From assembly GCA_030390025.1 (NCBI GenBank), contig CM059433.1:28274001-28338000 (forward strand): a DNA stretch of 64,000 nucleotides. Reading direction: 5' to 3'. Positions 25,071 through 36,856 of this stretch are shown in pieces (position 1 is the first letter of the stretch; the number at the start of each line of letters is the position of its first letter). The position numbers were made by a program, and so were the translations under genes. Below the pieces are notes generated by a model. That model made no database searches. It was given only the letters and a program-made list of their open reading frames with translations, and had not been told where the DNA came from. This DNA comes from Squalus acanthias (Eukaryota).

Positions 25071-27677
25071 CACAGGGGAGGTGCCAGAGGACTGGAGAAC
25101 AGCTAACGTAGTACCATTATTCAAGAAGGGTAGTAGGGATAAACCAGGGAATTACAGGCCAGTGAGCCTAACATCAGTGGTAGGGAAATTATTGGAAAAA
25201 ATTCTGAGGAACAGAATTAGTCTCCACTTGGAGAGACAAGGATTAATCAAGGATAGTCAGCATGGCTTTGTCAGGGGGAGATCATGTCTAACCAATTTGA
25301 TTGAATTTTGAGAGGGGGTGACTAGGTGTGTGGATGAGGGTAGTGCAGTTGATGTAGTCTACATGGACTTCAGTAAGGCTTTTGACAAAGTCCCGCATGG
25401 GAGACTAGTCAAGAAGGTAAGAGCCCATGGGATCCAGGGCAATTTGGCACATTGGATCCAAAATTAGCTTAGTGGCAGGAGGCAGAGGGTGATGGTCGAT
25501 GTTTTTGTGACTGGAAGCCTGTGTCCAGTGGTGTACCGCAGGGATCGGTGCTGGGTCCTTTGCTGTTTGTAGTGTACATTAATGATTTAGATATGAATGT
25601 AGGAGGTATCAGTAAGTTCGCAGATGACACGAAAATTGGTGGAGTGGTAAATAGCGAGGAGGGAAGCCTCAGGCTACAGGACGATATAGACGGGTTGGTC
25701 AGATGGGCAGAACAGTGGCAAATGGAATTTAACCCTGAAAAGTGTGAGGTGATGCATTTTGGGAGGACTAACAAGGCAAGGGAATACACAATGAATGGTA
25801 GGACCCTAGGAAGGACAGAGGATCAGAGGGACCTTGGTGTGCATGTACATAGATCCCTGAAGGCAGCAGGACAGGTAGATAAGGTGGTTAAAAAGGCATA
25901 TGGGATACTTGCCTTCATTAGCCGAGGCATAGAATATAAGAGCAAGGAGGTTATGATGGAGCTGTACAAAACGCTAGTTAGGCCACAGCTGGAATACTGT
26001 GTGCAGTTCTGGTCGCCACACTATAGGAAGGATGTGATTGCATTGGAGAGGGTGCAGAGGAGATTCACCAGGATGTTACCTGGGCTGGAGCCCTTCAGCT
26101 ATGAAGAGAGACTGGACAGACTGGAGTTGTTTTCCTTAGAGCAGAGAAGGCTGAGGGGGGACCTGATTGAGGTGTACAAAATTATGAGGGGAATAGATAG
26201 GGTAGATAGAAAGGAACTTTTCCCTTAGTAGAGGGGTCAATAACCAGGGGGCATAGTTTCAAGATAAGGGGCAGGAGGTTTAGAGGGGATTTGAGGAAAA
26301 ACTTTTTCACCTAGAGGGTGGTTGGAATCTGGAACTCACTGCCTGAAAGGGTGGTAGAGGCAGGAACCCTCTCAACATTCAAGAAGCATTTAGATGAGCA
26401 CTTGAAACGCCATAGCATACAAGGCTACGGACCAAGTGCTGGAAAATGGGATTCGAATAGACGGGGCTTGATGGCCGGCACGGACACGATGGGCCAAAAG
26501 GCCTCTTTCTGTGCTGTGTAACTCTATGACTCTATTAAGATTGTAAGTAGCAGAATTTCCCGATCACACCTTGTTTATAGCTCACTGTAGGAATTGTATG
26601 ACTATTACCAATTGGAAGCAAATGTAGGGAGAAAACAGAAGGGATTCCACCTACCATTCTGCCATCCTTTCCAAGATTAAGCTCTGGGTGAGTCGTAATT
26701 TCTTCAAGTTTAATATCAGTAAAATTTAAACCAGCCACTTTGCCTTCCAGCAACACCTCCGTTCTACTGCTCTGGAGTCTATCCAACTGTCAGCTGAAAC
26801 CTTAAGGTGAGCCGGGAGTTAGAAAGGCCCAGGGTCCTGCTTGGATCCTTCACCCATTCTTTCCAAACCATGCTTTCTTCCATCCCCAAAATAGTGCCCA
26901 CCTCTGTCTCTACCTCTCCCTCACCGCTACGGAGATCCTCAGATTTGTTACGCTGATAGGGGTAGATGAAGAGGGGTGGGAGGAGGCTCGCGTGGAGTAT
27001 GGACCTATTGAGCCAAATGGCTAGTTTCTGTGCTGTACATCCTACGCAAATCTATGTAGATTCCACCCATCTTCTCAAGGCTGGACTACTTGAACACTCT
27101 TATTGCCAGCCTCCAGAAGTTACTGGGAAATAGTGCCTTTATGCATATACAACCGTTATATAAAAATGTAGTACTTTGAAACAGCATTGCATTCGGAATG
27201 CTTATTTTCTTTCCTAGATCTACATCTATCCAAATAAAAGTGGCGCATCTAACACATGTCTGCCACACTTCAATGTGTTAAAAGTATTTTAAAGAAAAGC
27301 AGTCATTTTATGCTGCTGTCTACTGCCCGGAGGGTACAAGTAGCTGCCAATCTGCAAACTTCGCACACAATCAGCAATTAACCTGTAATTGACCCAAAGC
27401 TGAGCCCATTTACAATTAAATTTTGTTATCATAAAGAACCAGCCAGGTGCAGCACAGCAGCAGAATGATACACTGTACATTACATGGAACAGAGGTATTG
27501 CGGGATGAAAAAAGACCAAGGTCCATCTAGTTTGCCTTCTACCATCCTGGTAGTCACTTGATACAATGATAATGGAGTTGTTGACTAATCAATCATAAAC
27601 AATCAATTGGTCTACAACAGACCCAGACATGAGGCGAGGAAAACCCCAGTGATGGAGTGTTTTGGGTACCATACAAT

Positions 27678-28530
27678 AACTTGAATTTATACAGCGCCTT
27701 TAAAGTAGTAAAACGTCCCATGGCGCGTCACAGGAGTGTTATCAAACAAAATTTGACACCGAGCCACAAAAGGAGATATTAGGGCAGGTGACCAAAGGCT
27801 TGATTGAAGAGGAAGGTTTTAAGGAGCGTCTTAAAGGAGGAGAGAGAGGTAGACTGGCAGCGAGGTTAAGGGAGGGAATTCCAGAGCTTAGGAGCGAGGC
27901 AGCTGAAGGCACGGCCGCCAATGGTGGAGTGATGAAAGTTGGGGATGCCCAAGAGGCCAGAATAGGAGTGCAGAGATCTCGGAGAGTTATAGGGCTGGAG
28001 GAGGTTACAGAAATAGGGAGGGGCGAGGCAGTAGAGGGATTTGCAAACAAAAATGAGAATTTTAAAAATCGAGGCGTTGCTGCACTGGGAGTCAATGTAG
28101 GTCAGTGAGCGCTGGGGTAATGGGCAATGTTCCCTGTAATTTTTTTTGGTGCTGCGTGACCTCTTTAAGGGGCTGCGCTGCCCACTCAAAATACCGTGGA
28201 TGCGCGATTTTTGCATTAAAAAGCCGGCAAGCCAGCTGCGCGGGATCCTTGGAGCACTGCACGGCCCTGCAGCTTAAAGGGAACATTGGCGATGGGTGAA
28301 CGGGACTTGGTGCAAGTCAGGATATGGGCAGCTTTGGATGAGCTCAAGTTTATGTATGGGGGTGGGGGGGAAGATGGGAGGCCGGATAGGAGAGCATTGG
28401 AATAGCCAAGTCTAAAGGTAATAAGGCATGGATGAGGGTTTCAGCAGAAGATGAGCTGAGGCAGGGGCAGGGGCAGAGTTGGGCGATGTTACAAATGTGG
28501 AAGTAGGTGGTCTTGGTGATTGAGAGGATA
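27678..28530 (-). mobile_element. L2-like LINE 3' fragment interrupted by a MITE
   Basis: FKILIFVCKSL..LAPPY..GGRAFS..APKLWNSLP, plus the 3' tail (..GGCGCTATATAAATGCAAGT consensus) shared with the SINEs. Related pieces at 8400-8714, 10735-11028, 23200-23975, 39990-40350, 43310-43590, 45693-45915 and 50100-50470. Confidence 0.85.
28125..28288. mobile_element. Short hAT-type MITE (TIR CAATGTTCCCT.TAA)
   Basis: Terminal inverted repeats; flanks GTAATGGG / GCGATGGG look like a decayed 8-bp TSD in the L2 host. Confidence 0.75.
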
Positions 28531-29504
28531 TAGGTCCAAAGTCACCTGCCCCTTCCAAGCATGGTACACTTACCATGTCATATCAAATTACTCATATACT
28601 GTATCCCAAAATGTTATTTTCATCAATACTAACTGCTCCCACCATCTCCCTAGGGAGCCTGTTCCATAGATTGACCACTCGCTCACTGAAATATTATTTC
28701 CGCAGATTAGTTTTGAATTTACCCCCTTCAAGCACAGGCCGTATCTGCTGGTGCAACTGTTCTGGACAAGGTGAAGCAGCTTGTAGTAACACTCCTGTCA
28801 TTATAAAGCACCGGAACATCTGGCATACCATAAACACAACCACGGCAATCAGCTTATAGGAAACAAAAACCTCTGGGACCTATGAGGCACTGCACCTCTA
28901 AACCCAAAGATGCACACATCGGAGAGTGAGGATTTCACATATCAGCCTCTAACTTACTGGACAGGTGACATGTGAACAGATTTAAACGGTTCCAAATAGG
29001 GTTTCATATGCAATATTCATCAATGGCAAAATAAACTCTGCAACACACCTTTATTTGTTTTTCCAAAAATGCATATAATACTCCCTTCTGCAAATGGCAA
29101 ACAATAAAGGATTTGTGTTACTTAAAACATTCAGTATCAAGCAATACCCATTCATGGTAATCCCTCCAGATTTTAATGTCACAAATTTCCTTCATGTTCA
29201 AGTCTGAAGTTGACGAAAATACCCCAAGGAGATAGAGTTTGATTCATCCTGTTAAATGAACTCTCGGATTAGAGGGGGGAGAACGGTTGGGACATCCCAA
29301 AACAGAAACCAGACAGTGCAGCCACCAGCATCAGGAGTAACAATGGTTGCAAACCGTGTGAAAGGCATCAACCTCGTCAACCCAAATGAAGGACAGTGCC
29401 CACCTCCAACAGAGTCCCCCTCGCTACCAGGAGGCAATCCCCAACCCAGACACATAGGCCCGGACAGCTGCCCATTTACAGCTTGCAAGAAACCAGAGAG
29501 GGGG

Positions 29505-32500
29505 CATACACCACACAGACAGGGACAGACAACAACCCTCCTCACAGACAGGGACAGACAACAACCCTCCTCACAGACAGGGACAGACCCCGCCACCTCC
29601 AAACAGAAAGTGACAGACACCCCCTCCCCCCCGCCCCCCCCCGGGCAGACACCCCCCCCCCCCCCCCCCCCCCCGGGCAGACACCACCACCCCCCCCCCC
29701 CCCCCCCCCCCCCCGGGCAGACACCACCCCCCCCCCCCCCCTCCCCCCTCCCCCCCCAGACCGAGACAGACTCCCTCACTCCCAGACCGGGACAGACTCC
29801 CAGACCGGGACAGACCCTCCCTCACTCCCAGACCGGGACAGACCCCCCTCACTCCCAGACCGGGACAGACCCCCCTCACTCCCAGACCGGGACAGACCCC
29901 CCTCACTCCCAGACCGGGACAGACCCCCCTCACTCCTAGACCGGGACAGACCCCCCTCACTCCCAGACCGGGACAGACCCCCCTCACTCCCAGACCGGGA
30001 CAGACCCCCCTCACTCCCAGACCGGGACAGACCCCCCCTCACTCCCAGACCGGGACAGACCCCCCCTCACTCCCAGACCGGGACAGACCCCCCCTCACTC
30101 CCAGACCGGGACAGACTCCCTCACTCCAGGACCGGGACAGCTCCCTCACTCCCAGACCGGGACAGGCTCCCTCACTCCCAGACCGGGACAGGCTCCCTCA
30201 CTCCCAGACCGGGACAGGCTCCCTCACTCCCAGACCGGGACAGACTCCCAGACCGGGACAGGCCCTCCCTCACTCCCAGACGGGACAGACCCTCCCAAAA
30301 CCGGGACAGACCCTCCCTCACTCCAGACCCCCGACCCCCTCACTCCCAACCGGGACAGACCCCCCTCACTCCCAGACCGGGACAGACCCCCCTCACTCCC
30401 AGACCGGGACAGGCTCCCAGACCGGGACAGACCCCCTCACTCCCAGACCGGACAGACTCCCTCCACTCCCAGACCGGGACAGGCCTCCCTCACTCCCAGA
30501 CCGGGACAGACCCTCCCTCACTCCCAGACCGGGACAGCCCTCCCCTCACATCCCCAGACCGTGACAGGACCCCCCTCACTCCAGACCGGACAGACTCCCT
30601 CACCCCCAGACCGAGACAGACTCCCTCACCCCCAGACTGGGACAGGCTCCCAAACCGGGACAGACCCCCTCACTCCCAGACCGGGACCAGACTCCCTCAC
30701 CTCCCAGGACCGGGACACGACCCCCCTCACTCCAGACCGGGACAGACCCTCCCTCACTCCCCAGACGGGCACAGCTCTCTCAGGACCGGGAACAGACCCT
30801 CCCTCACTCCCAGACCGGGACAAGACCCTCACTCCCTAGCCGGGGACAGACTCCTCCTCAGCGGGACGACTCTCCTCAGACGGTGACAGACCCTCCCTAC
30901 ACCAGACCCAGGGACAGACCCCCCTCACTCCCAGCACCGGGACAGGACCCTCCTCACTCCCAGCACCGGGACAGACCCCTCCCTCACTCCCCAGACGGGA
31001 CAGACCCTCCCTCACCTCCAGACCGAGACAGACTCCCTCACTCCCCAGACCGAGACAGACCCCCTCACTCCCGACCGGACAGACCCTTCCCCTCACCCCC
31101 AGACCGGGACAGACCCCCATACCCTTACCCCAGACCGGAGGGACAGACCCCCTCCCCAGACCTGGGACAGAGACTCCCAAACGGGACAGACCCCCTCACT
31201 CCCAGAACGGGACAGACCCTCCCTCACTCCCAGACCGGACAGACCCCCCTACTCCCAGACCGGGACAGACCCTCCCTTCACCCCAGACCGGGACAGACCC
31301 CCCTCACCCCCAGACTGGGACAGGCTCCCAAACCGGGACAGACCCCCTCACTCCCAGACCGGGACAGACTCCCTCACTCCCAGACCGGGACAGGACCCCC
31401 TCACTCCCAGACCGGGACAGACCCTCCTCACTCCCTACCGGGACAGACCCCCTCACTCCCAGACCGGGACAGACCCTCCCTCACTCCCAGACCGGGACAG
31501 ACCCTCCCCTCACTCCCAGACCGGGACAGACCCTCCCTTCACTCCCAGACCCGAGGACAGCCCTCCCTCACTCCCAGACCGAGACAGCCCCCTCACTCCC
31601 AGACCCTGGACAGACCCTCCCTCACTCCCCAGACCGGACAGACCCCCTCACTCCCAGACCGGGATAGACTCCCTCACTCCCAGACCGGGATAGACTCCCT
31701 CACTCCCAGACCGGGACAGACTCCCAGACTGGGACAGACTCCCTCACTCCCAAACCGGGACAGACCCTCCCTCACTCCCAGACCGGGACAGACCCCCTCA
31801 CTCCCAGACCGGGACAGGCTCCCAAACCGGGACAGACCCCCTCACTCCCAGACCGGGACAGACTCCCTCACTCCCAGACCGGGACAGACCCCCTCACTCC
31901 CAGACCGGGACAGACTCCCTCACTCCCAGACCGGGACAGACTCCCTCACTCCCAGACCGGGACAGACTCCCTCACTCCCAGACCGGGACAGACTCCCTCA
32001 CTCCCAGACCGGGACAGACTCCCTCACTCCCAGACCGGGACAGACTCCCTCACTCCCAGACCGGGACAGACCCCCTCACTCCCAGACCGGGACAGACTCC
32101 CTCACTCCCAGACCGGGACAGACCCCCTCACTCCCAGACCGGGACAGACCTCCCTCACTCCCAGACCGGGACAGACCTCCCTCACTCCCAGACTGGGACA
32201 GGCTCCCAAACCGGGACAGACCCCCTCACTCCCAGACCGGGACAGACCCTCCCTCACTCCCAGACCGGGACAGACCCCCTCACTCCCAGACCGGGACAGA
32301 CCCTCCCTCACTCCCAGACCGGACAGACCTCCCTCACTCCCAGACCGGGACAGACTCCCTCACTCCCAGACCGGGACAGACTCCCTCACTCCCAGACCGG
32401 GACAGACCTCCCTCACTCCCAGACCGGGACAGACTCCCTCACTCCCAGACCGGGACAGGCTCCCAAACCGGGACAGACCCTCCCTCACTCCCAGACCGGG

Positions 32501-34910
32501 ACAGACCCCCTCACTCCCAGACCGGGACAGGCTCCCAAACCAGGACAGACCCCCCTCACTCCCAGACCGGGACAGACCCTCCCTCACTCCCAGACCGAGA
32601 CAGACTCCCTCACTCCCAGACCGAGACAGACTCCCTCACTCCCAGACCGGGACAGACTCCCTCACTCCCAGACCGGGACAGACTCCCTCACTCCCAGACC
32701 GGGACAGACCCCCTCACTCCCAGACCGGGACAGACTCCCTCACTCCCAGACCGGGACAGACCCCCTCACTCCCAGACCGGGATAGACTCCCTCACTCCCA
32801 GACCGGGATAGACTCCCTCACTCCCAGACCGGGACAGACTCCCAGACTGGGACAGACTCCCTCACTCCCAAACCGGGACAGACCCTCCCTCACTCCCAGA
32901 CCGGGACAGACCCCCTCACTCCCAGACCGGGACAGGCTCCCAGACCGGGACAGACCCCCTCACTCCCAGACCGGGACAGACTCCCTCACTCCCAGACCGG
33001 GACAGACCCCCTCACTCCCAGACCGGGACAGACTCCCTCACTCCCAGACCGGGACAGACTCCCTCACTCCCAGACCGGGACAGACTCCCTCACTCCCAGA
33101 CCGGGACAGACCCTCCCTCACTCCCAGACCGGGACAGACCCTCCCTCACTCCCAGACCGGGACAGACCCCCTCACTCCCAGACCGGGACAGGCTCCCAAA
33201 CCGGGACAGACCCCCTCACTCCCAGACCGGGACAGACTCCCTCACTCCCAGACCGGGACAGACCCCCTCACTCCCAGACCGGGACAGACTCCCTCACTCC
33301 CAGACCGGGACAGACTCCCTCACTCCCAGACCGGGACAGACTCCCTCACTCCCAGACCGGGACAGACCCTCCCTCACTCCCAGACCGGGACAGACTCCCT
33401 CACTCCCAGACCGGGACAGACTCCCTCACTCCCAGACCGGGACAGACTCCCTCACTCCCAGACCGGGACAGACTCCCTCACTCCCAGACCGGGACAGACT
33501 CCCTCACTCCCAGACCGGGACAGACTCCCTCACTCCCAGACCGGGACAGACTCCCTCACTCCCAGACCGGGACAGACTCCCTCACTCCCAGACCGGGACA
33601 GACTCCCTCACTCCCAGACCGGGACAGACTCCCTCACTCCCAGACCGGGACAGACTCCCTCACTCCCAGACCGGGACAGACTCCCTCACTCCCAGACCGG
33701 GACAGACTCCCTCACTCCCAGACCGGGACAGACTCCCTCACTCCCAGACCGGGACAGACTCCCTCACTCCCAGACCGGGACAGACTCCCTCACTCCCAGA
33801 CCGGGACAGACTCCCTCACTCCCAGACCGGGACAGACTCCCTCACTCCCAGACCGGGACAGACTCCCTCACTCCCAGACCGGGACAGACTCCCTCACTCC
33901 CAGACCGGGACAGACTCCCTCACTCCCAGACCGGGACAGACTCCCTCACTCCCAGACCGGGACAGACTCCCTCACTCCCAGACCGGGACAGACTCCCTCA
34001 CTCCCAGACCGGGACAGACTCCCTCACTCCCAGACCGGGACAGACCCCCTCACTCCCAGACCGGGACAGACCCCCTCACTCCCAGACCGGGACAGACTCC
34101 CTCACTCCCAGACCGGGACAGACCCCCTCACTCCCAGACCGGGATAGACTCCCTCACTCCCAGACCGGAATAGACTCCCTCACTCCCAGACCGGGACAGA
34201 CTCCCAGACTGGGACAGACTCCCTCACTCCCAGACCGGGACAGACTCCCTCACTCCCAGACCGGGACAGACTCCCTCACTCCCAGACCGGGACAGACTCC
34301 CTCACTCCCAGACCGGGACAGACTCCCTCACTCCCAGACCGGGACAGACTCCCTCACTCCCAGACCGGGACAGACTCCCTCACTCCCAGACCGGGACAGA
34401 CCCCCTCACTCCCAGACCGGGACAGACCCCCTCACTCCCAGACCGGGATAGACTCCCTCACTCCCAGACCGGAATAGACTCCCTCACTCCCAGACCGGGA
34501 CAGACTCCCAGACTGGGACAGACTCCCTCACTCCCAGACCGGGACAGACTCCCTCACTCCCAGACCGGGACAGACTCCCTCACTCCCAGACCGGGACAGA
34601 CTCCCTCACTCCCAGACCGGGATAGACTCCCTCACTCCCAGACCGGAATAGACTCCCTCACTCCCAGACCGGGACAGACTCCCAGACTGGGACAGACTCC
34701 CTCACTCCCAGACCGGGACAGACTCCCTCACTCCCAGACCGGGACAGACTCCCTCACTCCCAGACCGGGACAGACTCCCTCACTCCCAGACCGGAATAGA
34801 CTCCCTCACTCCCAGACCGGGATAGACTCCCTCACTCCCAGACCGGGACAGACCCCCCTCACTCCCAGACCGGGACAGACCCTCCCTCACTCCCAGACCG
34901 GGATAGACTC
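29505..34910. repeat. ~5.4 kb minisatellite, consensus 26-bp GACTCCCTCACTCCCAGACCGGGACA, with length variants and poly-C tracts at the left end
   Basis: Read directly; near-pure at about 33360-34040; degenerate at 30100-31650 and 29505-29760. Confidence 0.98.
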
Positions 34911-34912
34911 AC

Positions 34913-35000
34913 GGTCTCTCGCAGCCCATCTCCTCCGCTCGAGCTCCGGTAACCCGGGACAACTGGCAGAACCGGAACCGGAAACACAGACCGCGCGGAG
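34913..35000 (-). other. RAB23: Inferred non-coding first exon of RAB23 (5' boundary approximate)
   Basis: CpG-rich unique sequence ending at a minus-strand GTGAGT donor (34912-34907), next to ETS- and NRF1-like motifs. No transcript evidence available. Confidence 0.6.
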
Positions 35001-35035
35001 GCGCCAGTGAGGGAGGCAGACTGCGCATGTGCCTG
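34968..35035. promoter_or_regulatory. Putative RAB23 core promoter: tandem ACCGGAA (ETS/GABP-like) and TGCGCATGTGC (NRF1-like)
   Basis: Motifs read directly; both are typical of CpG-island housekeeping promoters. Confidence 0.55.
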
Positions 35036-35799
35036 GCTCTTGTCCTGTCTGAGCAGAGGAGGGTGGTGGCTGGATATGTTTAAACTCAGCTCCTTCCAGC
35101 AAATATAGGCTGAGGCGCATTCCAGCGGCTTGTCTGAGCCAAGGCTGACACATAGGAACAGCACTGCATATTGGCTCTCTCTGGGTGGATTGACTTTCAA
35201 TCCTAAACGCCCAGTTTCTCCATGGATTTTGCCAGCAACCATGCAGATGTTTAAGGGAGTGGCTTAAACAGTTCATCTGTTTTCCTATTTTCCCCCTCAT
35301 TGTGCTGACAGAGTGAATATTTGCCAGAGGAGCTAGCATATTTTTACCATTGATGTCACCACACATATGCTGATATTCCCAACAGAGAAACAAAAATGAC
35401 ACATATGCTACATCAATAGCGATTCCCTTATCCCACTGAGTACAGACTGACTGCAGTCGTAAATGTGGGAAACAAATCAGTGCAGGAAATCACATAGAAA
35501 AAAAAACTCGCATTTCACCACCTCAGGACGTCCCAAAGCGCTTCACAGCTAATTAAGTAGTTCTTGATGTGTCGTCACAACTATGCCTGACTGATTTTGT
35601 AGGATATCTGGAATACTACTTGTTGCACCCTTATTGTCAGTTTTGGGGGTTTTGACTGATCATTTATCTGTTCTTTGTGGGATCTTGCTGTGTACAAATT
35701 CGATGCTGTGTTTGTCTATATTAGAACACTTCAAAAGCATGCATCGGTTGTGAAGTGCGTTGAGAGGTCTTAAGGATGCTATGTAAACACAAGTTCTTT

Positions 35800-35885
35800 T
35801 CCACAGATGCTGACTGACCTGCTTGATGTTTCCATATATCTTCTGTTTTTATTTCAGATTTGCTATATCTGCAGTATTTTGAATT
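35800..35885 (+). mobile_element. Degenerate tail of the second hammerhead/Penelope-like family (no ribozyme core visible)
   Basis: CCACAGATGCTGACTGACCTGCT...TTCTGTTTTTATTTCAGATT resembles the 58 kb copies. Confidence 0.55.
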
Positions 35886-36059
35886 TCACTTTGACCAACC
35901 TGAAAATATTAAGTTAACTCTTCTTCGGTAGCTGATAGACAAATGCAGTTTTATTTTGCTCTCCGCTCATCTTCTCGGGCGACTCCACTGGTTTCTGGTC
36001 GGTGCTCAGCCTCCGGGCAGCGGGGTGGCGGCCGCAGATTCTTTTCTCGGTTCCCCCAG

Positions 36060-36460
36060 CCTGCAGGTGGCGCTGCGCTCGCCTTTCGTCAGTCAGTCAG
36101 TCTTCCGATCGCCAGGTGGCGCTGCTCTCGCCTTCAGTCAGTCAGTCCTCCGAGCGCCAGGTGGCGCTGCTCTCGGCTTCAGTCAGTTAGTCCTCCGAGC
36201 GCCAGGTGGCGCTGCCCTCGCCTGCAGTCAGTCAGTCAGTCCTCCGACCGGTAGGTAGCGCTGCTCTCGCTATCAGTCAGTCCTCCGAGCGCCAGGTGGC
36301 GCTGCTCTCGCCTTCAGTCAGTCAGTCAGCCCTCCGAGCACCAGGTGGCGTTGCTCTCGCCTTCAGTCAGTCCTCCAAGCGCCAGGTGGCGCTGCACTCG
36401 CCATCAGTCAGTTAGTCCTCCGACCGCCAGGTGGCGCTGATCCCGTCATCAGTCAGTCTC
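36060..36460 (+). repeat. Minisatellite of 9 units (41/45/49 bp), each with a CTCF-like core GCGCCAGGTGGCGCTG and a (TCAG)n spacer
   Basis: Core starts at 36064, 36113, 36158, 36203, 36252 (variant), 36293, 36342, 36383 and 36428. Confidence 0.9.
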
Positions 36461-36479
36461 CGATATCCTGGGTGGTTCC

Positions 36480-36612
36480 GGCCAATGGGAATGCGGGGCT
36501 CGCTGCGCGCGCCCTGATTGGTTGCGCGGTGGCGGGAGTTTGTGGCGGTCGGTGCCGGGCTCGCCGTGATTGGCTGCGCGGTGGCGGGAGTTTGTGTCGG
36601 TTGGTGCCGGGC
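36480..36612 (+). promoter_or_regulatory. PRIM2 proximal promoter: CCAAT box plus a 52-bp tandem duplication, each copy with ATTGG (NF-Y) and GGCGGGAG (E2F-like)
   Basis: CCAAT at 36482; TGATTGG at 36515 and 36567, each followed by GCGCGGTGGCGGGAGTTTGTG; lies in a CpG island just upstream of the ATG. Confidence 0.7.
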
Positions 36613-36688
36613 TTGGGTCGCTGAGTGAGGCGGGTGGTGCGATTCTAGACTCCAGGCCCCAGACTCGGCGACTTCAGGTGGTGCGGAG

Positions 36689-36830
36689 ATGGAGTTCCTG
36701 CGGCAGCGCCGCCTGCGCTGCAACCCCTGGGCCGAGCGCTACCCGTTCTCCGTGCAGTTCTACGAGCAGCCGCCGACCGAGAACATCTCGCTGCAGGACT
36801 TCGAGAGCTTCGCCGTGGAGCGGCTGAAGC
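36689..36830 (+). CDS. PRIM2: PRIM2 first coding exon ([47 protein letters not shown])
   Basis: Matches the primase large subunit N-terminal YPxxxQFYxxPPxENISL pattern; good Kozak context GAGATGG; donor GTAAGA; 142 nt. Confidence 0.95.
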
Positions 36831-36856
36831 GTAAGAATGCCTGAGATTGTATAATG

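Larger units (their letters stand above)
24133..26536 (+). mobile_element. CR1-clade LINE, 5'-truncated, several frameshifts
   Basis: ORF2 pieces KSPGPD, NYRPVSLTS, SGVPQGSVLGP, FADDTK, LEYCVQFWSP; 3' tail ACTCTATGACTCTAT. Confidence 0.95.

Noticed and set aside
29252..32811. Long Pro/Arg/Asp-rich ORFs (227, 496 and 642 aa) and their antisense ORFs
   Set aside because: They arise because the 26-bp repeat lacks stop codons on the plus strand. The peptides simply cycle through the three frames, with no splice or domain evidence.
35943..36415. Several 60-100 aa ORFs over the CTCF-like array
   Set aside because: They are translations of the tandem repeat in GC-rich DNA.
36060..36460. CRISPR-like appearance of regularly spaced repeats
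   Set aside because: The intervening sequences are themselves repeats rather than unique spacers, the context is eukaryotic, and no cas genes are present.
36570..36827. 85-aa ORF from the ORF track overlapping PRIM2 exon 1
   Set aside because: It is in the wrong frame and starts at a non-ATG codon. The real PRIM2 frame begins at ATG 36689.
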